A stretch of DNA of 64,000 nt from Candidatus Sysuimicrobiota bacterium (GTDB lineage: Bacteria; Sysuimicrobiota; Sysuimicrobiia; Sysuimicrobiales; Sysuimicrobiaceae): contig PSLI01000005.1 in the NCBI GenBank assembly GCA_040289515.1, positions 12,207 to 76,206 on the forward strand, given 5' to 3'. Positions 1 to 9,793 of this stretch are shown in pieces. The notes under the pieces were generated by a model, which worked only from the letters and a program-made list of their open reading frames with translations, ran no database searches and was not told where the DNA came from. A program made the translations under genes and the position numbers. How positions within the stretch are numbered: position 1 is the stretch's first letter; each line of letters starts with the position of its first letter.

Positions 1-182
1 GTGGCCACCACCACGATGTCATCCACCCGCGGGCTGTGGTGAAAGGGGAGGATGGACCGCACGATGACAGGCACCTGGTACAGGGACAGCAGCACCTTGG
101 GCGTACCCTGCCCCATGCGCGCGCTGCGCCCGGCTGCCGCGATTACCGCGGCCACCCGGGTGCGGCTGGACCTTCCCCTCAC
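1..182 (-). CDS. ispD: 2-C-methyl-D-erythritol 4-phosphate cytidylyltransferase, N-terminal part (runs off window)
   Basis: Manual translation from GTG 182 (GTGA overlap with yacL stop): ..VAAVIAAAGRSARMGQGTPKVLL..VDDIVVVA; follows PIN/TRAM gene as in Bacillota. Confidence 0.85.
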   Translation of the reverse strand, partial: MRGRSSRTRVAAVIAAAGRSARMGQGTPKVLLSLYQVPVIVRSILPFHHSPRVDDIVVVA

Positions 183-1261
183 CGCGGGGACACCGCCCCA
201 TCCGAGCCACGCCCCCACGCGGCCTCCTGCTTGGGCCTGGCGAACACCATGCGGCCCGCGGAGGTCTGCAGGACGCTGGTCACCACCGCTTCCACGGTGG
301 TGCCCACCAGGGGCTTGCCTCCCTCCACCACCACCATGGTGCCGTCCTCCAGGTAACCAACCCCCTGGCCTGGCTCCTTGCCCTCCCGCAGCAAGTGCAC
401 GCTCACCTCCTCGCCCGGCAGCACCACGGGACGCAAAGCCGCGGCCAGGTCGTTCAGGTTGAGCACCCGCACCCCCTGCAGCTGGGCCACCCGGTTGAGG
501 TTGAAGTCTGTGGTCACCACGCTGGCCCTTACAGCCCGCGCCAACCGCACCACCCGTTCGTCCACCTCGCCTTGCCCGTCGTCCTCCACGATGTGCACCG
601 CCTGGGAATCCTTCTGCAACCGGTGCAGGACGTCCAGCCCCCGGCGGCCCCGGGCGCGGCGCAGGGGGTCGGAGGAGTCCGCGATGACCTGCAGCTCCCG
701 CAGCACGCACCGCGGCACCAGGAACGGACCTTCCAGGAACCCTGCTTGCACCACGTCCGCCACCCGGCCGTCGATGATGGCGCTGGTGTCCAGAACCTTG
801 GCGGGGCCCCGGGGCCGCCTGCGCTCCAGCAGGCCCGCCATCTCCTCCCGCCGCTGCAAGGCAAACTGTAGTCCCAGGTAGCCGAACACCACCAGGGCTG
901 CCAGTCGCAGGTAGCCGCCGATCACGGGGATCCCCGAAAGCAGGTAGCCTACCGCGGTGGCCACCACCAGGCCTGCCACCAACCCCGCCGCACCGATCTC
1001 CACGTCCCGCCAGGGCAGGCGTCCCATCCGGGCCAGGACCCGGGCCATCATCCGCACGAACAGCTGCCACGCGGCCGGCGCCAGCATGGCCCCCAGGCCA
1101 GCACCCACCAGCGCACCTGCCAGTTCTGCACCCACCCGGGTCCATCCCCCCAGGGACACCAGGGGAGCCAGTGCCACCACCACCTGGACACCTAGGGCTG
1201 CGCCCAGCACCGCCCCGGCCCAGGCCGCCACCCGCCGCGCGGTCCGACCCTCTGAGACCAT
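179..1261 (-). CDS. yacL: PIN/TRAM domain membrane protein (YacL family)
   Basis: TM N-terminus, KVLDTSAIIDGR PIN motif, GVGYLEDGTMVVVE TRAM; ATG 1261 lies just after a TATACT box. Confidence 0.9.
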   Translation of the reverse strand: MVSEGRTARRVAAWAGAVLGAALGVQVVVALAPLVSLGGWTRVGAELAGALVGAGLGAMLAPAAWQLFVRMMARVLARMGRLPWRDVEIGAAGLVAGLVVATAVGYLLSGIPVIGGYLRLAALVVFGYLGLQFALQRREEMAGLLERRRPRGPAKVLDTSAIIDGRVADVVQAGFLEGPFLVPRCVLRELQVIADSSDPLRRARGRRGLDVLHRLQKDSQAVHIVEDDGQGEVDERVVRLARAVRASVVTTDFNLNRVAQLQGVRVLNLNDLAAALRPVVLPGEEVSVHLLREGKEPGQGVGYLEDGTMVVVEGGKPLVGTTVEAVVTSVLQTSAGRMVFARPKQEAAWGRGSDGAVSPR

Positions 1262-1306
1262 TTCGAGCCCAGTATAAGCTGGACCGCGCACCGTGTCCGC
1301 GCGGGA

Positions 1307-2644
1307 TCACCGCCAGGGTGCGAGCTCCAGCGCCTCTCCCACGGTGCCCACCGGCACCAGCTCGAGTCCGAATCCCTCCGTCTCCTTCCCGCCCCGCGGG
1401 ATCAGCGCCCGCTGGAATCCCAGCTTGCTGGCTTCGCCCAAACGCCGAGCCAGCTGGGGGACCGGACGTACCTCCCCCGCTAGACCGAGCTCCCCGCAGA
1501 ACACCGTGCGATCGTCCAGGGCCACGCTGCGGTACGAGGAAACCAGGGCCAGGCAGATCCCCAGGTCCGCCGCCGGCTCTTCCACCCGCACCCCGCCCGC
1601 GGCGTTGGCGTACACGTCGGCCTGCGAAAAGGAAAACCCCGCGTGCTTCTCCAGCACCGCCAGCAGAAGCAGCAGCCGGTTGGAGTCCACCCCTGAAGCG
1701 GCGCGCCGTGGCGTTCCGAAGGGGGTAGGGCTTACGAGAGCCTGGACCTCCACCAGCAACGGCCGGCTCCCTTCCACCGTGCACACCACCGCGGCCCCCG
1801 CCGCACCCCGTGGACGCTCGCTCAGGAACACCAGGGAGGGGTTCGGGACCTCGACCAGGCCGGAGGGGCCCATCTCGAACACCCCGATCTCGTTGGTGGA
1901 CCCGAAGCGGTTCTTGGTGGCTCGCAGGATGCGGTACGCCTGGTGGCGCTCGCCCTCAAAGTACAGGACCGTGTCCACCAAGTGCTCCAGTACCCTGGGC
2001 CCCGCCAGCATTCCCTCTTTGGTCACGTGGCCCACCAGAAGCACCGCCGGACCTTCCGACTTGGCCAGCTGCAGCAGCGTTGCCGCGCACTCCCGCACCT
2101 GGCCCACACTGCCCGGGGCGCTGGGTACGTCTGGCCGGTACACCGTCTGGATGCTGTCCACCACCACCAGGGCGGGCCGCAGCTGGCGCACGGACGCCAG
2201 CACCGCGTCCAGGTCCGTCTCCGCCACCACCCACACGCCTCGCGACAGGGCGCCAAGCCGCTCGGCCCGCATGCGGGTCTGCTGCGCGGACTCCTCGCCC
2301 GCCACGTACAGCACCGGTCGCCCCGACTTGGCCAGGCGGAAGGCCGCCTGCAGGGCCAGGGTGCTCTTCCCGATCCCCGGGTCTCCGCCCACCAGCACCA
2401 GGGAGCCCGGCACGAACCCCCCGCCCAGCACCCGGTCCAGCTCTCCGATGCCCGTGGGCCACCGCTCCTCCGGTAGCGGGGACACTTCCACCAGGGGTGT
2501 GGGCCTGGCCGGCTTCGGATCCCGGACGCGGTGCGGGAGTTCGGCTTCCTCCACGAAACTGTTCCACTCCCCGCAGTTGGGGCACCGCCCCAGCCACCGC
2601 GCTGAGCGGTAGCCGCAAGCCTGGCAGGTGAACTGCACCTTCAC
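1307..2644 (-). CDS. radA: DNA repair protein RadA/Sms
   Basis: CxxC..CxxC zinc finger, GDPGIGKST Walker A, KNRFG motif. Confidence 0.97.
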   Translation of the reverse strand: MKVQFTCQACGYRSARWLGRCPNCGEWNSFVEEAELPHRVRDPKPARPTPLVEVSPLPEERWPTGIGELDRVLGGGFVPGSLVLVGGDPGIGKSTLALQAAFRLAKSGRPVLYVAGEESAQQTRMRAERLGALSRGVWVVAETDLDAVLASVRQLRPALVVVDSIQTVYRPDVPSAPGSVGQVRECAATLLQLAKSEGPAVLLVGHVTKEGMLAGPRVLEHLVDTVLYFEGERHQAYRILRATKNRFGSTNEIGVFEMGPSGLVEVPNPSLVFLSERPRGAAGAAVVCTVEGSRPLLVEVQALVSPTPFGTPRRAASGVDSNRLLLLLAVLEKHAGFSFSQADVYANAAGGVRVEEPAADLGICLALVSSYRSVALDDRTVFCGELGLAGEVRPVPQLARRLGEASKLGFQRALIPRGGKETEGFGLELVPVGTVGEALELAPWR

Positions 2645-2648
2645 CGGC

Positions 2649-2966
2649 TCATTCCCCTGATCTCCAAAGCCCCGGGAGGTGCGCGATGCGCGCCCACCCC
2701 GCGCCCCGCGCCACCGGTTCGGTGCGCAGCTGGTCGAAGTAGCGGTCCACCACGGCCTCCCGCTCCATGGCTAGGGGCGGGGAGCAGGAGTCTTCCTCTA
2801 CCCATACCGCCTCCCCGGTGGCCGGGTCCAGGCGGGCCCCTAGCAGCGCCGTTGTCAGCGCCCGCCCGAAAGGTTGCAGGCCGAGGAACTCTCCACCTGC
2901 AAGCCGCCTGTGCAGTTCGCCCAAAAGATCCCGGCGGGGCTTTGCTCGCACCAGGTAGTACGCCAC
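2649..2966 (-). CDS. Hypothetical protein (~105 aa)
   Basis: GTG after GGAGG; typical codon usage; WVEEDSCSPPLAMERE segment. Confidence 0.7.
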   Translation of the reverse strand: MAYYLVRAKPRRDLLGELHRRLAGGEFLGLQPFGRALTTALLGARLDPATGEAVWVEEDSCSPPLAMEREAVVDRYFDQLRTEPVARGAGWARIAHLPGLWRSGE

Positions 2967-3108
2967 GCCCGCACCTCCTCCCGCCTGTGATCCGGACGGC
3001 GCAGCCGCTCCGGGGCAGCTGCCCTGCAGGAGACCTCCACGAATCCGCGAAGGACCCTGTGTAGAGCATACCCAGCTTGTCGCTTTCGGTGTGCTGCCGG
3101 AGGGAGTC

Positions 3109-4011
3109 GTGGGGGAGCTGGTGGAGCTTGCGGCCGGATGCGGGTACCTGCCCGGAGCGGTCAACATGGGCGTGGTGTGGGAAGGTGGCCGAGCGGTGGG
3201 GGTGGACACAGGCGGCGACCGGGACGCGGGGCGCCGCCTCTTGCGCGCCGTGCGGGCCCGGTCGTGGGAGTTGATGGCGGTGGTGAACACCCATTCCCAC
3301 GCGGACCACTACGGTGGCAACCACTACCTGGTCCGGCAGCTGCCCGCGCTGCGGGTGTGGGCACCGGAGGTCGAGGAGGCGGTGCTGCGCAACCCCTACC
3401 TGGAACCCTTCTTCCTGTTCGGGGCCCGCCCTCCCGAGGCCCTGCAGAACAAGTGGCTGATGGCCGAACCTTCACCGGTGCACCACGTGTACACGCCCGA
3501 GCAAGGCGAGCTGCAGGTGAGCGGGCTGCTGCTGCGCGTGCACCCCGCCCACGGTCACGCGGTGCGGCAAGCCGCGCTGGGGTTCGGCCCCGTGTGCTAC
3601 GCGGCGGACGCCTTTTTCGGACCTGAGGTTCTGGACAAGTACGAGATCCCCTTCTGCCACGATGTGGCAGGCCAGCTGGCGACCCTGGATCGCCTGGCGG
3701 GCTGGCCCTACGAGTGGTTCGTCCCCGGCCACGGGAGCCCCATCCACCGCGAGCAGCTAGAGGTGGTTCTGGAGCGGAACCGTCGCGCGGTGCGGGAGGC
3801 GACCGAACGCGTTCGCGCCGCTGTGGCAACGGGTGCCACCGCGGACGAAGTGGTGCACCGGGTGGCCGGTGGCCTGCGCAACCCGCCCGCCAACCCTTCC
3901 ACATACTTCCTGCTCCGCAGCACGGTCCTGGCACACCTCGCGTATCTGCTGGAGCGCGGAGAGGTGGACTGGACGGTCTCAGGCGGCGTACTGCGGTGGG
4001 AGATCCGCTGA
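3109..4011 (+). CDS. MBL-fold metallo-hydrolase
   Basis: THSHADHYGG, HGH, PGHG motifs; start could be 3091. Confidence 0.9.
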   Translation: MGELVELAAGCGYLPGAVNMGVVWEGGRAVGVDTGGDRDAGRRLLRAVRARSWELMAVVNTHSHADHYGGNHYLVRQLPALRVWAPEVEEAVLRNPYLEPFFLFGARPPEALQNKWLMAEPSPVHHVYTPEQGELQVSGLLLRVHPAHGHAVRQAALGFGPVCYAADAFFGPEVLDKYEIPFCHDVAGQLATLDRLAGWPYEWFVPGHGSPIHREQLEVVLERNRRAVREATERVRAAVATGATADEVVHRVAGGLRNPPANPSTYFLLRSTVLAHLAYLLERGEVDWTVSGGVLRWEIR

Positions 4012-4192
4012 GGCATGGACGCCGCTGGGTAAACGGCCGTCCCGTGGCAAGTCGAACCGGTTCCGGGGCAGGTCCGCGGAAGACAAGCTTGAGGTACCGA
4101 GTCAGTTCCCGGCCGGGCCCCTTGACCCATCCGACCCACTTGGGGCAAGGTAGACGAGACCGCGGGTTCGGACGAACCTACCGGAGGGGGCC

Positions 4193-4648
4193 ATGGGGAC
4201 TGTTCCCGCTGCAGCGGCCAAAGCGGATCTGGGCAAGCGGCTCGTGGCCGGGCTGATCGACGGGTTGCTGGCTGCGGGGGTGAGTTTCCTCCCCGTGGTG
4301 GGAGGCATCGCGGCTGTACTGTACATGCTGCTGCGGGACGGCCTGGAGGTGGAGTTCATGGACCGCCGCTCCATCGGCAAGAAGCTGCTCAAGCTGCGGC
4401 CGGTCCGTCTGGACGGCCAACCCATGGACCTCACCGCCTCCGCCAGGCGCAACCTCTCCCTGTGCGTGGGGTATGTGGGGACCATCCTCACGGTGATCCC
4501 CCTGTTGGGATGGGGCCTGGCAATGTTGCTGGGCCTAGCCGGGCTAGCCCTGGTTGTGGTGGAGCTGGTGCTGGTGCTGGCGGACCCGGAGGGACGCCGG
4601 ATGGGGGACAGGTGGGCCGGCACCAGAGTGGTAGAGGCTTCGGACTGA
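4193..4648 (+). CDS. RDD family membrane protein
   Basis: KRLVAGLID, SIGKKLLKLR, GRRMGDRWAGTRVV; SD GGAGG. Confidence 0.9.
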   Translation: MGTVPAAAAKADLGKRLVAGLIDGLLAAGVSFLPVVGGIAAVLYMLLRDGLEVEFMDRRSIGKKLLKLRPVRLDGQPMDLTASARRNLSLCVGYVGTILTVIPLLGWGLAMLLGLAGLALVVVELVLVLADPEGRRMGDRWAGTRVVEASD

Positions 4649-4815
4649 GGCCCTCTGCGCAAGCTCCTCGGACCGCAGAAATGCGATCCCGCCCGGAATC
4701 GACATACTCTTTCTGCCCGCTACAGGCCCCGGGTGTCCAGGGAGGTCTCACCCGAGTCTTAGGAGGTGGCCCTGCGGCGCTGGCGGCGCCTGCGCGGCCG
4801 GCGGTCTATAAGGGT

Positions 4816-5171
4816 TTAGCTGCGGATGCGGTCCCTGTGGTCCCGCACCAGGGAGTCCGCCACCTCCAAGATCCCCCGCACCCGCGGGTCCCCACACCGG
4901 AGTACGCGTAACGCCCCTGCCGGCGCACCTGTACATACCCGCGCCACCGCAGGCAAGCCAGGTGGCTGCTGACCCGACCCTGCGGGGCCCCCAATTGGGC
5001 CACCAGCTCCGACACGGTCCGCTCGCCTTCGAGCAGCAGCCGCAGGATCCGCAGCCGCGTGGGGTCTTCCAGGGCCCGGAAGAACTTCGCCGTCAGCACC
5101 TCATCCGAGAGGTTCGGCAGCACAAATGGTGGGGTTATGAGCTCCCGTACATCCTTCACCCTCCGGTGCAT
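4816..5171 (-). pseudogene. ArsR/SmtB family regulator, frameshifted near 4890
   Basis: FRALEDPTRLRIL..VSSHLACLR; C-terminal GDPRVRGILEVADSLV lies in another frame, restored by one extra base in the C4 run 4890-4893. Confidence 0.75.
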
Positions 5172-5269
5172 CCGGAACCGCGCATCCGTTCTTCCTGACC
5201 GTCCCACCGCGTCCAGGGGGCGATCAACGATCCCGCCGCGGGGTTCCCGGGTGGAGCGGACCGGTGCGT

Positions 5270-5298
5270 TTGACACACGGAGGGATCCGTGGTAGGGT
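5270..5298 (+). promoter_or_regulatory. Sigma70-type promoter of cspA
   Basis: TTGACA-17-TAGGGT. Confidence 0.75.
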
Positions 5299-5353
5299 CA
5301 GCGGGAGCCCGTAAGGAGCTCAAATCCACGGCAAGGCCGGAAGGAGCAAGGGA

Positions 5354-5554
5354 ATGGCAGAAGGCACGGTCAAGTGGTTCAACGCGGAGAAGGGCTACGG
5401 CTTCATCTCCGTAGACGGCGGAAAGGACGTCTTCGTCCACTACACCGCCATCAACATGGACGGCTACCGTACCCTCCAGGAGGGACAGCGGGTGCAGTTC
5501 GACGTCGTGGAGGGTCGCAAGGGGCCTCAGGCGGCCAACGTCACACCGCTGTGA
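5354..5554 (+). CDS. cspA: Cold-shock protein
   Basis: [21 protein letters not shown]. Confidence 0.97.
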   Translation: MAEGTVKWFNAEKGYGFISVDGGKDVFVHYTAINMDGYRTLQEGQRVQFDVVEGRKGPQAANVTPL

Positions 5555-5577
5555 ACACAGGCCCTCGAGCGGACTCT

Positions 5578-5611
5578 GGAGGGCCCCGCGCTGCGGGGCC
5601 CTCCGCGTTTC
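5578..5611 (+). terminator. Terminator-like hairpin after cspA
   Basis: GGAGGGCCCCGC/GCGGGGCCCTCC stem followed by a short T run. Confidence 0.6.
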
Positions 5612-5639
5612 CTGCCCTGCGAGCCCGAAGGGCCCGGCC

Positions 5640-6040
5640 AGACCTACCGCCACCAGGGGGGATACCACCAAACGAGCACCGCCGCCGTCAGCAACCCCGG
5701 GGAGGCCGCCACCGGCCCACTCGGGCAGTCCGTAGTTGCCCGCGTTGTACAGGAACACGGGAAGGCGGCCCGCCGCGCATCTCGCAGGCCCAGCACCGCG
5801 CTGGCCACCAGGCCCAAAAGGAGCCTCACAGCCATCTGGGCCAGGCATGCGGCCAGCAAACGTGGCGCGTCTGCCGCCCAGGGGTACGCAAAAGGGACTG
5901 AAACACCAGCGCGGGGCCAACGGATACATGGACACGGGGGCGAGACCTCCACGGGGCGATACCGTCCCAGCAGGTAGCTGGTTCGCACCAAGCACCAAAA
6001 GGAAGACGGAACCAACGATGTCGGGCAGCGCGGCGCCCAA
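5640..6040 (-). pseudogene. Decayed AEC-family (auxin efflux carrier-like) transporter fragment
   Basis: Hydrophobic pieces in alternating frames, including FLYNAGNYGLP; far shorter than a full AEC protein. Confidence 0.55.
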
Positions 6041-6047
6041 GGCCTCC

Positions 6048-6521
6048 TTACCGCCGTGGGGTACGGGCCGCCGCCGCCTTCCGCTTGGGGCGCGGCCGCG
6101 GGGTGGGCGAGGGTGCCTTAGGCAGCCGCTCCTCTTCCCAGGTCACGATGCTGTGGAAGTACACGCGGTCTCCCTCGTCCAAACCCCGAGTGACTTCCGT
6201 GATGTGCACGTTCTTGGCCCCGAACTCCGCCAGGGCGTACTCCACCGCCGCCTCGGGCTTCGCGTCCTCTCCGCAGGTGTAGATGTCCAGGGCCACGTAG
6301 CCCGTCTCGGGCCAGGTGTGTACGGACAGGTGGGACTCGGAGATGACCACGACCCCGCTCACGCCCACCGGCGAGAAGCGGTGGAAGGAGATGGCCCAGA
6401 TCTGAACGCCGGCCACCTCCGCGGCCCGGGTCATGATCTGCTCCACCCGCTCCACCTTGCTGATGACCTCCGGGTCGCACCCGGAGGCCTCCACGATGTA
6501 GTGGTGTCCCACCGTGTCCAT
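6048..6521 (-). CDS. speD: Pyruvoyl-dependent S-adenosylmethionine decarboxylase proenzyme
   Basis: GVSGVVVISESHLSVHTWPE, DIYTCG. Confidence 0.92.
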   Translation of the reverse strand: MDTVGHHYIVEASGCDPEVISKVERVEQIMTRAAEVAGVQIWAISFHRFSPVGVSGVVVISESHLSVHTWPETGYVALDIYTCGEDAKPEAAVEYALAEFGAKNVHITEVTRGLDEGDRVYFHSIVTWEEERLPKAPSPTPRPRPKRKAAAARTPRR

Positions 6522-6697
6522 GGGTACCCTCCTCGTACGCTCTCCGCCGCGGTCTCAACCCCCAAACACACACGTCCCCGGGCGCCGCGTCCGCCGCGCC
6601 CAGGGACGGTTCGTGGGATCCGCACCCATCCTAGGGACAACGCCGCCCGGGGTCAAGGGTGGCGACGAGCGCTGCAGGCCCGGAATCGTCTCCTTGC

Positions 6698-7147
6698 CTA
6701 CAACTCGCCCCGAGCCCGCAGGAGCCGGTGCAGCACCGCCATGCAGGCGTCCATGACCACCCGCAGGCCGGCCTGCCGGGCGCGCCAGGCGGCCTGTTCG
6801 TGCCGCACCCCCGCCTGCATCCACACGGCCCGCGCCCCCACCGCCACCGCCTCCTCTACCAACCCGGGCACGCACTCCAGCCGCCGGAAGATCTGCACCA
6901 GGTCCACCGGCCCGGGCACGTCCCGCAGGCGCGGGTAGCTGCGCAGCCCCAGGACCTCCTGCACCCGCGGGTTCACGGGCACGATCTCGTAGCCCTGCTC
7001 CCGCAGGTACCGCACCACCTGGTAGCTGGGGCGGTGCGGTTTGTCCGACAGCCCCACCACCGCGATCCGGCGCGCGCTCCGCAGGATCGTTCGGGCCTCC
7101 TCCAGCTGCGGTTCAAGACCTCCGACGCCGTGCGGTTCGCTGCTCAC
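6698..7147 (-). CDS. CoA-binding protein (YccU-like)
   Basis: IAVVGLSDKPHRPSY, VPVNP, VWMQAG. Confidence 0.9.
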   Translation of the reverse strand: MSSEPHGVGGLEPQLEEARTILRSARRIAVVGLSDKPHRPSYQVVRYLREQGYEIVPVNPRVQEVLGLRSYPRLRDVPGPVDLVQIFRRLECVPGLVEEAVAVGARAVWMQAGVRHEQAAWRARQAGLRVVMDACMAVLHRLLRARGEL

Positions 7148-7614
7148 CGCGTTTCACCTCCCGGGACTTCGGCGGCCGAACGCGCCGCGCACTCCCGCAG
7201 CAGCTCCTCCAGCACCTGCTGCGCGCGAGCTACGTCTTCTTCCTGGACCAGGAGGTGGTCGCGGTGGAAGGTCGACACCACGCAGACCGGGATCCCCGCC
7301 TGCGCCAGCCGGTCCGTCACCACCCGGAGGTACCCCGCCTCCGGGAGGTCCAGCTCCGCGTCCAGGGTGATCATGCGGTAGCCGCGCTGCACCGCCCGCG
7401 TCCGCAGACCCTTGCCCACCTGATCCCATTCCACCTCCCGGCAGACCAGGGAAACCTCCTGCGGTGCGAAGGTGAGGCAGAAGGGCGAGTGGAACCGGTC
7501 CGCCCGGCGCTGCAGGCGGCCGCGCTCCCATGGGGGAAGGTTCACCAGCACCAAAGGGTCCGAGTGGATCACCACCCGCGTGCGCGCCAGGAGACGTGCT
7601 ACCCGGAGGTCCAT
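7144..7614 (-). CDS. ACT-domain protein
   Basis: GYLRVVTDRLAQAGIPVCVVSTFHRDHLLV; translationally coupled on both sides. Confidence 0.75.
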   Translation of the reverse strand: MDLRVARLLARTRVVIHSDPLVLVNLPPWERGRLQRRADRFHSPFCLTFAPQEVSLVCREVEWDQVGKGLRTRAVQRGYRMITLDAELDLPEAGYLRVVTDRLAQAGIPVCVVSTFHRDHLLVQEEDVARAQQVLEELLRECAARSAAEVPGGETR

Positions 7615-8780
7615 CACGCCAGCGCCCGGTCCAGGTCCTCCAGCAGGTCCTCCGCGTCCTCGATCCCCACCGCCACCCGGATCAGGCCCTCCCCGATCCC
7701 GGCCCGTAGCCGCTGGTCCCGAGGCACGTGCACGTGGGTGGTGCTGGCCGCGTGCGTCACCAGGGAGTGCACCCCACCCAGGCTCACGGCCAGCTTCATC
7801 CACCGCAGGCTCTCCACCACCCGGCGGCCCGCGTCCAGGCCGCCGCGCACCTCGAAGCTCAAAACCCCGCCAAAGCCCCGCATCTGCCGGCGCGCCACCT
7901 CGTGCCCGGGGTGATCTGGCAAACCAGGGTAGTACACCCGCTCCACCTTCGGGTGCCGGCGCAGGAACTCTGCCAGGGCTAGGGCGGTGGCGTTCTGCCG
8001 CTCCACCCGCAGCCCCACGGTCTGCACACCCGTGAGCAGCAGCCACGCGGAGAACGGATCCGCGCAGCCGCCGAACACCCGCAGCTGCTCCCTCCACGCG
8101 GGCAGGAAACGCGCAGAGCCGGCCACCGCACCCAGCACCAGGTGGTGGTGGCCGCCCAGGTACTTGGTGGCGCTGTGCACCACCACGTCCACCCCGAACG
8201 TTAAAGGCCGCGTGTTGTAGGGGGTTGCGAAGGTGTTGTCCGCTATGCACACCGCCCCCGCGGCACGGCTCAGCTCCGCCACCGCGCGAAGGTCGGTGAT
8301 GGCCAGTACCGGGTTCGCCGGGGTCTCTACGTACACCAGGCGGGTGTTGGGACGCAGGGCCCGGGCGTAGTGCTCGACGTCAGTGGGATCCACAAACGTG
8401 GTTTTGACCCCAAGGCGCGGCAGCACGCTGGAGAACAGCTCGAGGGTTCCCGAATACGCGCAACCCGGACAGACGACGTGGTCTCCCGCCCTCACCACGG
8501 ACAGCACCGCCAGGCTCACCGCGGCCATGCCCGACGCGGTGAGCACGCAGGCCTCCGCGCCCTCCAGGGCCGCCAGCCGCTGCTCGGCCCGCCGCACAGT
8601 GGGGTTACCCCACCGGGTGTAAAACGCCTCCGAGTGCGAGGCGGCCCGCCGGGCACCCTCCTCCACGGTGGGGAAGGCAAACGTGGAGGTCTGGTAGATG
8701 GGCGGCGAGACCGCGCCATGCGGGTCCGCAACATCCCCCGCGTGAGCGGCCAGGGTGTTGAAGCCCGGCTCGCGCTCCAT
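7614..8780 (-). CDS. PLP-dependent trans-sulfuration enzyme (cystathionine gamma-synthase/lyase or methionine gamma-lyase family)
   Basis: PIYQTSTF, YTRWGNPT, DNTFATP, HSATKYLGG, AVSLGG. Confidence 0.92.
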   Translation of the reverse strand: MEREPGFNTLAAHAGDVADPHGAVSPPIYQTSTFAFPTVEEGARRAASHSEAFYTRWGNPTVRRAEQRLAALEGAEACVLTASGMAAVSLAVLSVVRAGDHVVCPGCAYSGTLELFSSVLPRLGVKTTFVDPTDVEHYARALRPNTRLVYVETPANPVLAITDLRAVAELSRAAGAVCIADNTFATPYNTRPLTFGVDVVVHSATKYLGGHHHLVLGAVAGSARFLPAWREQLRVFGGCADPFSAWLLLTGVQTVGLRVERQNATALALAEFLRRHPKVERVYYPGLPDHPGHEVARRQMRGFGGVLSFEVRGGLDAGRRVVESLRWMKLAVSLGGVHSLVTHAASTTHVHVPRDQRLRAGIGEGLIRVAVGIEDAEDLLEDLDRALA

Positions 8781-8953
8781 ACAGCCTCCCTCCCTCCTCC
8801 GCGTTCGGCGCTCACCCCGTCCCTGGAAAACCGACCGCAATTTGTGCCAGCACAACTCCGCGCCGGGCACGCGGTGTCCGTGACCCTGACCGGCCCCAGG
8901 GAAAGACGGCGCGCCAACAGGATACCGCGCCGTGGGTCGAGTACAGTACCACC

Positions 8954-9793
8954 GTGCGGTTCGGGGCACACGTCTCCATCCGGGGGTACGTCTACCAGGC
9001 CGCCGACCGGGCGGCGCGCCTGGGGTGCGAGTGCTTGCAGATTTTCGTCGGCAGCCCGCGCACCTGGCGGGAGGTCCGCTACCCGGCCGAGGATCTTGCG
9101 GAGCTACGGCGGCGCTGCCGCGCTTACGGGCTGCGGCCCCTGGTGGCCCACGCGGCGTACCTGGTGAACCTGGCCGCCGGGGACGAGGTCTTCAAGCGGT
9201 CGGTGCGGCACCTGGCCCACGCCCTGCGGACGGTGGAGCAGGCCGGAGGGCTCGGCGTGGTCACCCACCTGGGCAGCCGCGGTGACACACCCCTGCCCCG
9301 CGCGGTAGAACGCGTGGCGCTGGGCGTAAGCCAGGCCCTGGCCGACTCCCAGCGGGCAATGGTCCTGCTGGAGGGCAGCGCGGGCCGCACCCTAGGAACC
9401 TTCGAGGAGCTCAGCATGGTCCTGGACGCTCTCCACGGACACCCGCGGGTGGGCGTGTGCCTGGACACCGCGCACCTGTTCGCCGCAGGCTGGGACCTGC
9501 GCACCCCCGAAGGGGTGGACGCTACCCTGCAAGCGTTCCACGAGCGGGTGGGTCTGGGACGGCTGCAGCTGGTCCACCTCAACGACTCCCAAGCGCAACT
9601 GGGAAGCGGCCTGGACCGCCACGAGAACATCGGCCGGGGCTTCATCGGGCTTGCGGGGTTCCGGGCCTGGGTCCACCATCCCAGGCTGCGCCACCTCAGC
9701 GGGGTTATCGAGACTCCCGGGTTTGACCGGACGGGACCGGACCGGGCGAACCTGCAGCGCCTCAAGCGGCTGCGGGACGGGGGATCTCGGTGA
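8954..9793 (+). CDS. nfo: Endonuclease IV
   Basis: GAHVSI, HAAYLVNLA, CLDTAH, HLNDS, DRHENIG, IETP. Confidence 0.93.
   Translation: MRFGAHVSIRGYVYQAADRAARLGCECLQIFVGSPRTWREVRYPAEDLAELRRRCRAYGLRPLVAHAAYLVNLAAGDEVFKRSVRHLAHALRTVEQAGGLGVVTHLGSRGDTPLPRAVERVALGVSQALADSQRAMVLLEGSAGRTLGTFEELSMVLDALHGHPRVGVCLDTAHLFAAGWDLRTPEGVDATLQAFHERVGLGRLQLVHLNDSQAQLGSGLDRHENIGRGFIGLAGFRAWVHHPRLRHLSGVIETPGFDRTGPDRANLQRLKRLRDGGSR

Noticed and set aside
5330..5352. SRP-RNA-like CCGGAAGG segment
   Set aside because: Lacks the surrounding SRP helix; it is part of the cspA leader and SD.
8835..8850. Sigma-54 promoter TGGCAC..TTGC on the minus strand
   Set aside because: GG-to-GC spacing is 8 nt rather than the required 10.
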